From: Haplodiscus bocki
Taxonomy: Eukaryota
Length of the DNA: 64,000 nt
Direction: 5' to 3'
NCBI GenBank assembly: GCA_965655095.1
Contig: OZ296653.1
Location: 70,804,001 to 70,868,000 of the forward strand
This document shows, in pieces, positions 37,195 to 49,784 of the stretch. Position numbers and translations under genes: made by a program. Each line of letters begins with the position of its first letter. Position 1 is the stretch's first letter. The notes below the pieces were generated by a model. The model was not told the origin of the DNA, did not search any database, and saw only the letters and a list, made by a program, of their open reading frames with translations.

Positions 37195-38030
37195 TCAATT
37201 TCCGATATTCCGAAAAAAAGGCATTGGTGTGTTGATCGAATATATCTTCGGTGTTGAATTTTTATTTACCAGAGCCCTATTGTAGTTTTTACAGGAAAAT
37301 GCTCACGTGGATTTTTGCGAAAATCACAAGTTCCGATCCCAGTTTTTCAATGCACCTAACTTCTACTTTTCTACTTTTTATTCGATGAATGATGATGGTT
37401 TTTGCAGATTTTTTCTCCGCATCAGTGCCGACCCAACAATTCAGATGCATGGTTGTTTTTTTCTGGACTGTGAACTCAAAGGTTGATGTCAATACTTGTC
37501 TTGAATTTTAATCATGATCATGAAAAACTAGCCGGGCGGTGTGTCCGACCTTGAACGGCCTGGCGCAAAGCGCGGCTATTTTTTGAGCCCGAATTTTATT
37601 CAGTGCTCGAGATCGGTCTTTTGCAGCGATAACACCTTAGGTGGTTTTATATAAAATTATAAATGCTTCAGAATGGGTAAATGTAACTGTTTGATTCAAT
37701 GAATGTCAACATTCATTTCTTTTCGACTCCCTTAATTTCCGTTATTCAGACAAAATGGCACTGGTATGTTGATCGAACATACCAATAGTGTAGACGTTTT
37801 GTTCACCAGAGCTCCTTGTAATTTTTAATGGAAAATCTTTCTGTCGGTTTTTGAGAAAAATGAATCACAAGTTCTATTCTAAGTTTCCCAGTGCATTCTA
37901 GCTTGAACATTTTGATCGAAGAATGATGATGCTTTGTCCAGGTTTTTTCTCCGCATCAACACCGACTTCATGCAGGTGCATGGGTAGTTTTTTTCTGGAC
38001 CTTGAACTTCAAGGTTGATGTCGACACTTG
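37195..38030 (+). repeat. Diverged tandem duplication (period ~540 bp)
   Basis: ggcattggtgtgttgatcgaa / ggcactggtatgttgatcgaa; aatcacaagttc; ttttttctccgcatca; ttttttctggac..tgaact..aaggttgatgtc, each in both 37200-37500 and 37735-38030. Confidence 0.7.
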
Positions 38031-39149
38031 TACTGCATTTCAACCTGATAACGAAAAAATAGCGGGGTTTTACATCAGGTGCAAATGTTTTGGCAGAAAG
38101 CCTCGCTCTTTTTTGGAACCGAAGTTTTTTTGCACTCGTCACCTTACGGATGACGCCGACTTGGGACGTTACCCAGCTTGTTAAAAAGATGTGTGGTTTC
38201 TAAAGTATCTCTGTGCTAGCCGGGCTTCTTGTTTGACATTCAAAACACAATTTTCAATTTCGAGATCGAATAGGCGTTCACTCGATTATTTCCAATCTTC
38301 ATATACTGTATTCTAATTAATTTCCGCAATATTAGTTATTTGACTGAAGCGAATTTTGGATTAGTTGCAATTAGATTTATTTGAGCAGCAACATCGTGAA
38401 ATAGATTAATGTGAATTGCTGGATGTGGCCGGCATTTACGTTGATCAGGAAAGTTATACCCATGAAGAGATGAGCGAGAAGCGTTGTACACTATTCACGA
38501 GCTACTTCAAATTATGATTTCTCATTAGTTCGTGCGTTGATTAGGTGAGAATATTGTTCGATGTGCAAGACCTGATGTACGCAACTCTGGCGACAGAGTC
38601 GAGATGTGCAATGATTTGGTTTAACGAAGAGGTGCTGACCGTGGAGATGATTTGGTACAACTTCCGACACAAACTTGGGAGTGTGTTCGTGGAGCCGGAA
38701 GAGGAGCTGCCCAAGCAGGTGTCCCCGCTCCTTCTGCCGGTGGCGGTGGAGACTGCGATCAGGATAAAGTTATCGCCTTCTGTGCAAGTAAATACCAATT
38801 ACTTTTTGTTTTACATCCTGACCAAATAAGGTCTTCGGTTTTTTTTCAGAGCTTATGTTCTTGTTGATTTCCAGAAAAAAACTACCCACAAAACTTGAAT
38901 CGAAATACCAGAAATATTCAAATTCCATTCAACTGCATTAGATAAAGAGAAAAATGTTCCGAGAAACCTTCAAATTGCTGACATCTGACTCCAGTGACGA
39001 CTGCGTGCTTGGAGGATCAGAGTGAGTCGATCAACTTTTCTTTGATTAACTGTTTTCCGGAAAAAAATTCCGATACAACTTCCTGCCGCCAGAAAAAAAG
39101 CAGAGGACAACGGCTGTGACTATGAACACCGGTATGTTTTCAACTGTTC

Positions 39150-42100
39150 AGAACAACACTGCCTGCTGAAGAAGAGGCGATTATTCGGCCAACCAGGAAG
39201 AGTGGGACCAACTGATGGCCAACAAGCCGCCTTGCTACCTTTTTAGCGCAGCAGCTACAGTAAACACGTAGATTGCTTCAGAATACACACTTTGGTAGAG
39301 AAATATCTTGAAAGATTTAACACTTGGTGCAAACTTTTCCAATTTAAAAAGCAACGAGGTAACAATCAAAAAGAAGACAACCAGCTCCAGCGATGGCACC
39401 CTTTCGCCAATGGGAACAAACTCGGCGGAAGAGTTAGTTTGAGAGAAAAATTCCTGGAAAAAGAAAATAAACCACGTTTACTGAAAAGTGTTATCGGATG
39501 ACTGTTCCAGGTGAACAAGTAAAGCGGTACCGAAAAAATCCAAAGTCACATCTACTGCCGCTTCCTACAAAACGAAGCGAAAGACGTGGGATCGTTAGAT
39601 TATTGAAACAGAAAAAACATAGTGAGACAAACTTAATTGAAATTTAAATGCTTTTGGAGCACTACAGTCGACTGTTTGATATGACTGAAGGACATTACCA
39701 AAAACAACACAAAGCGCCTTTCAAAAGACAAGCATTAGACATTTAGCCAAACCGACAAAAAGCTGAGCTGTTGCTTCAGTCTCTCCCAATAGTTTTCAAG
39801 TGGCAAAAAGCGACCGAAACTTGTTTCCACGATACTAGATTGCCGCAAAGTGTATGGGAGAAGAAATGATTAAAAACAGCACAGCGAAGAGTTAGTGAGA
39901 GTGACCAACAGAAGAGAGCTGATACTCTCAATGTTATATGTTGTTTCCTGCCGAATCCAATTGTTGGCAGTTTTCACTAGAAATTAATCCTGAGATAAAG
40001 TTCATCAAGTAACGACTCGCTCTGATTTTGCCTCAATTCGATACTTTTTTCAACAGATGCTGATGAACTCAGTGAATTTAACCATACTGCCAAGTTCAGC
40101 ACGCATCTGAGGAAGTATAAGGAGAACCGAAGGCGGTTGCGTGAACAGAACAAGGTGCTCAAAGGTACACGGAGAGCTAGCTGAACCTGCTTGAACGCCT
40201 TCAGTCGTTGATCAAACTTCCGCAAGGATTCACTGATATGACAGAGTTTCCTTCGATCATAGAGTCTCTAAAAACAATACACGCCCCCAAAGCCATCTGC
40301 ATGTAGCGCGAGGCATAATTGAGTTCGTTGACTTCCTCGTTGAGGATGTCGGTCCAGACGGCCCAAGCAAAAGGCAAAATGCCCCATCCTGCCATCTTGG
40401 AAGAAAATAGAGAAAAACATCGTCAGGTGTGGAAGATTACCGCGAAAACGGCAGTAAAAACAGAAAATACTCGACAGGTACGAGCAGCTAAACTACCGCC
40501 GAGCTTAAAACTGTGAAGGTAAAGCTGCTCAAGCTGTTGGAAGACTTGCTGGAGAAAGCCCTGAGGAGAGAACAGCCTCAACGAGGAGGATTAAAGGTTG
40601 GTAATAAAATGCCTTATCTGCGTACTTCCATTCAGAACACCCTGCCGCAGCTCAACGGCCATTCATGTCAAGTTAGAGGACAACCGTCAAATGGTGAAAA
40701 TAGCAGATATTCTCATCTTTGATTGAATCATCCTTCTGCAGTATTTGTTTTCTCGCTTCAGAGGTGAAAAGATGTCACAGACCATCCAGCCGATAACGGA
40801 ACAGATTACGGACACCAATAAGATCTATAGTAAGGAAGGGAGAAGGTTTTGATGCACTTTGACGAACCTGCAGCAACAAAAGTTAATGGATGTGGGCCAC
40901 ACTGTCGTTGTGAAGAGAACCAAAGACAAGACTGTGAAAAAACCGGACAAGAAATATCTCTACCATCCACTCATTAAGCTGAGTGAGAAACCCAACAGCC
41001 AGTCCCCGAAAAATTTCACTCGGGATATTCGCCGGACACTGAATAAGGAGACTATTTTTTACTCGACAGCATCCAGGAAGCGCATGCATGAAGCATTGAG
41101 TTGTCAAGTTGTCTAACGCAAAAGAAAATGTGGCCATCAACAAAGACAGGGGCCACATACAGCCAATTGTCCATGGCTTCCAAGAGGAAGTCAACAAGAA
41201 GTCTAAAGCGTTGTTGGTTTCCAACCTCATTGGTTAGGAGCTGAGAGCAAGTCACAAACAAACCACGCAAAGATTATGTGCAGTAAAATGGTTTTCGAAC
41301 ACTCTCACGAACTGTTTTGTTGTTCCACAGCGAAAACAAGGCAATAGAATGGCAGTCTTCTCCCTCAACCCTACCACAATCTTGAGTAACTGCTAATGTT
41401 CTTCACCACAATTTTGATACAAAATTTCCCTATTCCAGAACTTTGAGTTCGAAGCTGCTTTTGAGCAGTTCGTTTGGACCATAAGACGTTTCTTTTCATA
41501 AAAGTCACAAAACACGAAGCTTGAAAATTGAATATCGAAAATAATCGAAAAAAGATTTCAACACTCCCATCAATTATCTGCTTCTTTTAGCACAAAAAAT
41601 TGGCCTTGCAGAGGCCTTCTCATTCGTCCACTCTGCAACAACCTTCTGCAGCAGCTATTATCTCTGTACAAAGTTTCTGAAACGAATTTATCCAAAGTTC
41701 CTGGTAAATGTTTTTTGTGCTTGAGCTCCTCGCTTCCATGAATTGATTATAACTCCATAATTGCAATAAAAATATGCTTACGAACCGTTCACCAGCCGTC
41801 TTGATTGCCCACAAATTGCAAGTGCCGTTAGTTTATTTGTTTTTTCTGGCAATTTTCCTTTCAAAACGAATGTTTCTAACTTAATTACTTGTTCAGATTT
41901 CGATAACGACAACTCCGCGTGAGAAGACAACTCAGCAGCAAATGAAAGTGTTATTGAACGTCAGACAGAAAAAGGTGGTTGTATATTTAACGTTTCTCTT
42001 CGAAAGATATAGTACCGTTTTGTGTTTCAGTCGTTCCACTCCGTTTCTGAAAGTGGAGACGAAACTGTAAGTTTCTAGAACAGACATACATTCAAAGGAA

Positions 42101-43360
42101 TATGAAAACTTTCTTTTTCTCCTCGTTCTATTTCACTTCTATTATTTTTTTTCATATTCCATAACAGTAAACCAAAGAGCCCTCGAAGGAAGAAGAAGCG
42201 GACAGTGTACGTCAAAGGGAAAGACTAGGCATCAACAAAAAAATGGCTGAAGAAGTCGATCAAAAATTAAAAAATTGCAACCTCTGAATTTTACCATTTT
42301 TGAAGAAAAGCATTCAATTTTCATTCCAGTAAAAGCCAACTGAACCACGTTTAAGACGCTTGAGACGACAGCAGAGACGTTGAAAGATTAACTCTGCAAG
42401 AAGCGGGCACTTCGCCGACCAGGATCTGCTGCAGTACCTGATATTGTAATCAACTTGGTATCTGGGATGTTCCTCGTGGAAATGGAGCGGGCATTACATA
42501 CTTAAAGAAGCTCCAGACCGTTTCTGTCCTCAAGTGTGTGACAAACTGGCGAGGCATTAGTTCCGAAAGTTGAGAGAATGGAAGAAGAAAAAAATCGAGT
42601 CGGAAGGATGGTTTAAACGGGACATTCCTTTTCATGAACTGCTTGAACTAAAGATAAACCCTATAATTTTCAAGAACTCCACGCTCAAACATTTCATGTT
42701 TTCTTTTTTGTTCCTTTGAACGAGTGATCTACTGATAACATACCAATCGGAACATACTTCATTTTGTGCAGGAGAGACTGTTCGCCAAGGAAGTCTCTCA
42801 ACATCCGATGACATTAATATTGAGTTCATGAACCGGGACCGTGAAGGGATGCAGGTCCGGCTGATAGATGAGCAGAAGGGCCGGGGTCTTGATGCGACCA
42901 GAGCTTCGAAAAAGAAGAATTTCTCCTACTTTATAGAAGAAAACGACTCTTCAAAGAGGATTAAGAACAGCGATTGGCGGTTAGAAAAGACAAAACCCTA
43001 CTTTGTGAAATGTTCAAAAAATAAGGTCTTCAATATTCAAAAAAAATCAATAAGTACATACATCTACAAGGATCGGAGAGGGTCTTTGTACATCAACGCT
43101 TCAGACGAAGACGCAGGGCTGGCGCGCTTCATGAATGACAACATATACCTCAAAAAGTTACCGCCAAACCCTACCGGGACAAGAAGTTGGAGATTTTCGT
43201 CCCGAAAAAATTCGAAAGCTGTGCGATTCAAAAAATATATATTCTTTTCCAGCTGGCCCGCTTCACGTCAAGCTTGTTGCCCTGTGAGATATTCTCAAGG
43301 ACGACGAAGTTGTATACAATTATGAGGGCGACAATTTGTCTTCGCGAAAAAAGAACTATC
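39150..43360 (+). pseudogene. Array gene copy 1 (different or absent 5' exons): Zn-finger / tyrosine-recombinase-like / SET
   Basis: Same motifs as copy 2; SET region 42828-43350. Confidence 0.6.
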
Positions 43361-43540
43361 TCAAGTTACATTTTTCTCTTCGCTTATAAAGGAATATGAA
43401 ATGCAGTCTTTTAGGCCGCAGACGGGAATGATTCAGGATAACAGGTACGCTGATTATCTGAGACTATTGCGAGAAAATTGAAGTTGAAACTTACTCATTC
43501 TGCTTCGCAAGTCGTGATCTTTTGGAGGTTGATAAACACC

Positions 43541-46500
43541 ATGCCAACCGAGCACGTTTTAATTTCGAGCTCAACGTTAATTTCTCCCAACAAGGATTTG
43601 CCGCCGTCTGGGGACACTGAGTGAGTTTTTAGTGTAACCTTTTCGAGCCATAATCAGATAAATCCTTCAGAGTCTTTTTTGCTTAATGCCTAATTGTTTG
43701 GGTATACTGGGTTCCTTCTTATGGGAACACCGTTGAACTCACAGTCAGTCGAGTTGCGGCGAGCGATTGATTCCTAATGTTATTTCAGGGGATCGGAGAA
43801 GAATTCTGCGATTAATGATTTAATCAGAATCTATACAGGATCAAAGAATAGCTGTGTTTTGCCGATTGAGCAGGTGATTTAATTTCGCACAGTCTTTTCT
43901 ATATCCAAGAATGATCAGAAAACAAAGCTTGTTTCTTTTTGCAGTCAAATTACCCAATGCAAGAGGTGCTACTGCGGAGGAGAATCCGTGTGATCCTCCG
44001 CCTTTCTTGTTGTCTTCGGCCGAACTTCAGTGAGCTTCTTGTATCCTGTTTAAAGAGGCTTTATCACGCTCACCAGATAAGAAAACTGTTGTTCAGTCTG
44101 ACCTGTTCATTTTGTTATCTTCAGCCTTCTTTCAATTCATCAGATTACTCAAGAACTCGTCGTGTTCATGATAGAAGGAGCGTTTATTTCAATTTCAAAC
44201 TTTCAGGGGTTCGAGGAGTAATTCAACAGTTGACAATACTCCTCATGTCAACTTCCCCAATGATGGCGAAGTCTAGTTGTTTTTAATTCGTTGAGAAAGA
44301 GCTCTAAGTCTACACTACGCGTTTTTGACATCCATCAATTACTTAGAAATCTTGCGTTTCCATTTTCCAATGATAGAGACTAGCTGAAGTCAAAACACTG
44401 TCGGGGAAGCGCCCAATGCGATAGCAGTTGTTTGATTCTCCATCTTCGCTCGAACTTCAATGAGTTTTCTGCACCCTGCTCAAACACTCATCGTTTAAAT
44501 GTTCACAATAGTAAAACTTTGGAGCCTTTTCTCGTCTCTTCTTGAGGTAAAATGTGCCTTCTTATGGAATCACTAATCAAATCCCAATTAGTGGAATCCA
44601 AGGAAGGTTTGTTACAGAATTTTCAAGTTTCGGATAACTCGAAACAGTCAAAATGAGAGAAGTGAGATTCATCAAGACAGATAGCGCAGATAGCGAAGCA
44701 ACGGCTGAACGGGAAGACATTGACGACAGGTACAAGTTCAATAGGGTAAATTTCACTTTTCTGTAAAAAAAACGTATTTTTTCAGTCAATTCCCTAACCT
44801 CAGTGCGGAAGAGGACTCTGCTGTTAACGCACACAATCCCCCGCTGTCATCATGGAGCACGTGGAACTAGAGTCAAGAGTCTGAAGATCAGGTTATAGAG
44901 TTGGTGTTTTTGCAGCGTCACAGAGCCTTCCAATTCAAGTCAAGGATTCGAAGGCCGATGAATATTCTCGAGTCATCTGTGTTGGAGGACATTTCGACCT
45001 GCAACTCAGCAGCTAGAGGGTAATGATTTTCCTACCATGATTGGAGGGAAATCTTAATTTCGGGTTCAATTGTACAATTGATTTTTAGGGCAACCAAAAA
45101 CAGCCAGAAGACCCAGAGATAGGCAGTCGAAAAGGAAGGGTTAGTAGGAACAATTTAATTAAATTATTTGGAATCATTTACGGGATTAATGAAAAAAAAT
45201 CGACTTCAGAAATTCGAAGCAGAGCGCCGCGTGCAGAAGCCGACTACAGCAGAGGACAACATCATCGCCTCAGTTAGTCAATATGTCTCGACTCTGCTCC
45301 CAAAGAGGATGAATATTGAGTTCGTTTATTACCTTAATGGCTTTCTGAAACAATGGCTGTGACTAAGAACACCGGTATGTTTTCAACTGTTCAGAACAAC
45401 ACTGCCTGCTGAAGAAGAGGCGATTATTCGGCCAACCAGGAAGAGTGGGACCAACTGATGGCCAACAAGCCGCCTTGCTACCTTTTTAGCGCAGCAGCTA
45501 CAGTAAACACGTAGATTGCTTCAGAATACACACTTTGGTAGAGAGATATCTTGAAAGATTTAACACTTGGTGCAAACTTTTCCAATTTAAAAAGCAACGA
45601 GGTAACAATCAAAAAGAAGACAACCAGCTCCAGCGATGGCACCCTTTCGCCAATGGGAACAAACTCGGCGGAAGAGTTAGTTTGAGAGAAAAATTCCTGA
45701 AAAAAGAAAATAAACCACGTTTACTGAAAAGTGTTATCGGATGACTGTTCCAGGTGAGCAAGTAAAGCGGTACCGAAAAAAATCCAAAGTCACATCTACT
45801 GCCGCTTCCTACAAAACGAAGCGAAAGACGTGGGATCGTTAGATTATTGAAACAGAAAAAACATAGTGAGACAAACTTAATTGAAATTTAAATGCTTTTG
45901 GAGCACTACAGTCGACTGTTTGATATGACTGAAGGACATTACCAAAAACAACACAAAGCGTCTTTCAAAAGACAAGCATTAGACATTTAGCCAAACCGAC
46001 AAAAAGCTGAGCTGTTGCTTCAGTCTCTCCCAATAGTTTTCAAGTGGCAAAAAGCGACCGAAAATTGTTTCCACGATACTAGATTGCCGCAAAGTGTATG
46101 GGAGAAGAAATGATTAAAAACAGCGCAGCGAAGAGTAAGTGAGAGTGACCAACAGAAGAAAGCTGAAGCTCTCAATGTTATATGTTGTTTCCTGCCGAAT
46201 CCAATTGTTGGCAGTTTTCACTAGAAATTAATCCTGAGATAAAGTTCATCAAGTGACGACTCGCTCTGATTTTGCCTCAATTCGATACTTTTCTCAACAG
46301 ATGCTGATGAACTCAGTGAATTTAACAATACTGCCAAGTTCAGCACGCATCTGAGGAAGTATAAGGAGAACCGAAGGCGGTTGCGTGAACAGAACAAGGT
46401 GCTCAAAGGTACACGGAGAGCTAGCTGAACCTGCTTGAACGCCTTCAGTCGTTGATCAAACTTCCGCAAGGATTCACTGATATGACAGAGTTTCCTTCGA

Positions 46501-49500
46501 TCATAGAGTCTCTAAAAACAATACACGCCCCCAAAGCCATCTGCATGTAGCGCGAGGCATAATTGAGTTCGTTGACTTCCTCGTTGAGGATGTCGGTCCA
46601 GACGGCCCAAGCAAAAGGCAAAATGCCCCATCCTGCCATCTTGGAAGAAAATAGAGAAAAACATCGTCAGGTGTGGAAGATTACCGCGAAAACGGCAGTA
46701 AAAACAGAAAATACTCGACAGGTACGAGCAGCTAAACTACCGCCGAGCTTAAAACTCTGAAGGTAAAGCTGCTCAAGCTGTTGGAAGACTTGCTGGAGAA
46801 AGCCCTGAGGAGAGAACAGCCTCAACGAGGAGGATTAAAGGTTGGTAATAAAATGCCTTATCTGCGTATTTCCATTTCGAACACCCTGCCGCAGCTCAAC
46901 GGCCATTCACGTCAAGTTAGAGGACAACCGCCAAATGGTCAAAATCGCAGATAATCTCATCCCTGAGTGAATCATCCTTCTGCAGTTTTTGTTCTCTCGC
47001 TTCAGAGGTGAAAAGATGTCACAGACCATCCAGCGGATAACGGAACAGATGACGGACACCAATAAGATCTATAGTAAGGAAGGGAGAAGGTTTTGATGCA
47101 CTTTGATGAACATGCAGCTACAAAAGTTAATGGATGTGGGCCACACTGTCGTTGTGAAGAGAACCAAAGACAAGACTGTGAAAAAACCGGACAAGAAATA
47201 TCTCTATCATCCACTCATTAAGCTGAGTGAGAAACCCAACAGCCAGTCCCCGGAAAATTTCACTCGGGATATTCGCCGGACACTGAATAAAGAGACTATT
47301 TTTTACTCGACAGCATCCAGGAAGCGCATGCATAAAGCATTGAGTTGTCAAGTTGTCTAACGCAAAAGAAAATGTGGCCATCAACAAAGACAGGGGCCAC
47401 ATACAGCCAATTGTCCATGGCTTCCAAGAGGAAGTCAACAAGAAGTCTAAAGCGTTGTTGGTTTCCAACCTCATTGGTTAGGAGCTGAGAGCAAGTCACA
47501 AACAAACCACGCAAAGATTATGTGCAGTAAAATGGTTTTCGAACACTCTCACGAACTGTTTTGTTGTTCCACAGCGAAAACAAGGCAATAGAATGGCAGT
47601 CTTCTCCCTCAACCCTACCACAATCTTGAGTAACTGCTAATGTTCTTCACCACAATTTTGATACAAAATTTCCCTATTCCAGAACTTTGAGTTCGAAGCT
47701 GCTTTTGAGCAGTTCGTTTGGACCATAAGACGTTTCTTTTCATAAAAGTCACAAAACACGAAGCTTGAAAATTGAATATCGAAAATAATCGAAAAAAGAT
47801 TTCAACACTCCCATCAATTATCTGCTTCTTTTAGCACAAAAAATTGGCCTTGCAGAGGCCTTCTCATTCGTCCACTCTGCAACAACCTTCTGCAGCAGCT
47901 ATTATCTCTGTACAAAGTTTCTGAAACGAATTTATCCAAAGTTCCTGGTAAATGTTTTTTGTGCTTGAGCTCCTCGCTTCCATGAATTGATTATAACTCC
48001 ATAATTGCAATAAAAATATGCTTACGAACCGTTCACCAGCCGTCTTGATTGCCCACAAATTGCAAGTGCCGTTAGTTTATTTGTTTTTTCTGGCAATTTT
48101 CCTTTCAAAACGAATGTTTCTAACTTAATTACTTGTTCAGATTTCGATAACGACAACTCCGCGTGAGAAGACAACTCAGCAGCAAATGAAAGTGTTATTG
48201 AACGTCAGACAGAAAAAGGTGGTTGTATATTTAACGTTTCTCTTCGAAAGATATAGTACCGTTTTGTGTTTCAGTCGTTCCACTCCGTTTCTGAAAGTGG
48301 AGACGAAACTGTAAGTTTCTAGAACAGACATACATTCAAAGGAATATGAAAACTTTCTTTTTCTCCTCGTTCTATTCCACTTCTATTATTTTTTTTCATA
48401 TTCCATAACAGTAAACCAAAGAGCCCTCGAAGGAAGAAGAAGCGGACAGTGTACGTCAAAGGGAAAGACTAGGCATCAACAAAAAAATGGCTGAAGAAGT
48501 CGATCAAAAATTAAAAAATTGCAACCTCTGAATTTTACCATTTTTGAAGAAAAGCATTCAATTTTCATTCCAGTAAAAGCCAACTGAACCACGTTTAAGA
48601 CGCTTGAGACGACAGCAGAGACGTTGAAAGATTAACTCTGCAAGAAGCGGGCACTTCGCCGACCAGGATCTGCTGCAGTACCTGATATTGTAATCAACTT
48701 GGTATCTGGGAGGTTCCTCGTGGAAATGGAGCGGGCATTACGTACTTAAAGAAGCTCCAGACCGTTTCTGTCCTCAAGTGTGTGACAAACTGGCGAGGCG
48801 TCAGTTCCGAAAGTTGAGAGAATGGAAGAAGAAAAAAATCGAGTCGGAAGGATGGTTTAAACGGGACATTCCTTTTCATGAACTGCTTGAACTAAAGATA
48901 AACCCTATAATTTTCAAGAACTCCACGCTCAAACATTTCATGTTTTCTTTTTTGTTCCTTTGAACGAGTGATCTACTGATAACATACCAATCGGAACATA
49001 CTTCATTTTGTGCAGGAGAGACTGTTCGCCAAGGAAGTCTCTCAACATCCGATGACATTAATATTGAGTTCATGAACCGGGACCGTGAGGGGATGCAGGT
49101 CCGGCTGATAGATGAGCAGAAGGGCCGGGGTCTTGATGCGACCAGAGCTTCGAAAAAGAAGAATTTCTCCTATTTTATAGAAGAAAACGACTCTTCAAAG
49201 AGGATTAAGAACAGCGATTGGCGGTTAGAAAAGACAAAACCCTACTTTGTGAAATGTTCAGAAAATAAGGTCTTGAATATTCAAAAAAATCAATAAGTAC
49301 ATACATCTACAAGGATCGGAGAGGTTCTTTGTACATCAACGCTTCAGACGAAGACGCAGGGCTGGCGCGCTTCATGAATGACAACATATAACTCAAAATT
49401 TACCGCCAAACTCTACCGGGACAAGAACAGTTGGAGATTTTCGTCCCGAAAAATTTCGAAAGCTGTGCGATTAAAAAAATATATATTCTTTTCCAGCTGG

Positions 49501-49605
49501 CACTCTTCACGTCAAGCTTGTTGCGCTGCGAGATATTCTCAAGGACGACGAAGTTGTATACAATTATGAGGGCGACAATTTGTCTTCGCGAAAAAAGAAC
49601 TATCT
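43541..49605 (+). pseudogene. Array gene copy 2: multi-exon decayed gene with low-complexity N-terminal exons, C2H2-like fingers, tyrosine-recombinase-like region and C-terminal SET8/KMT5A-like SET domain
   Basis: Many short GT-AG introns (e.g. gtgagt...ccttcag, gtaagt...taacag, gttgga...ttccag). SET: EGMQVRLIDEQKGRGLDATR..EF..Y, YINASDEDAGLARFMNDNIYNSKFTAK, LHVKLVALRDILKDDEVVYNYEGD. YR-like: VARGIIEFVDFL, PFRTPCRSSTAIHVKLED, STASRK, DRGH. SET call is strong; the YR call and gene start are tentative. Confidence 0.65.
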
Positions 49606-49784
49606 CAAGTTACATTTTTTTCTTCGCTTATAAAAGAATATGAAATGCAGTCTTTTAGGCCGCAGACGGAAATGATTCAGAATAACAGGTACGCTGATTA
49701 TCTGAGACTATTGCGAGAAAATTGAAGTTGAAACTTACTCATTCTGCTTCGCAAGTCGTGATCTTTTGGAGGTTGATAAACAGC

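Noticed and set aside
43939-44286. 115-aa ORF repeated in each unit as a stand-alone gene
   Set aside because: Begins at a TTG in a splice acceptor and runs across intron-like sequence; its recurrence only reflects the duplication.
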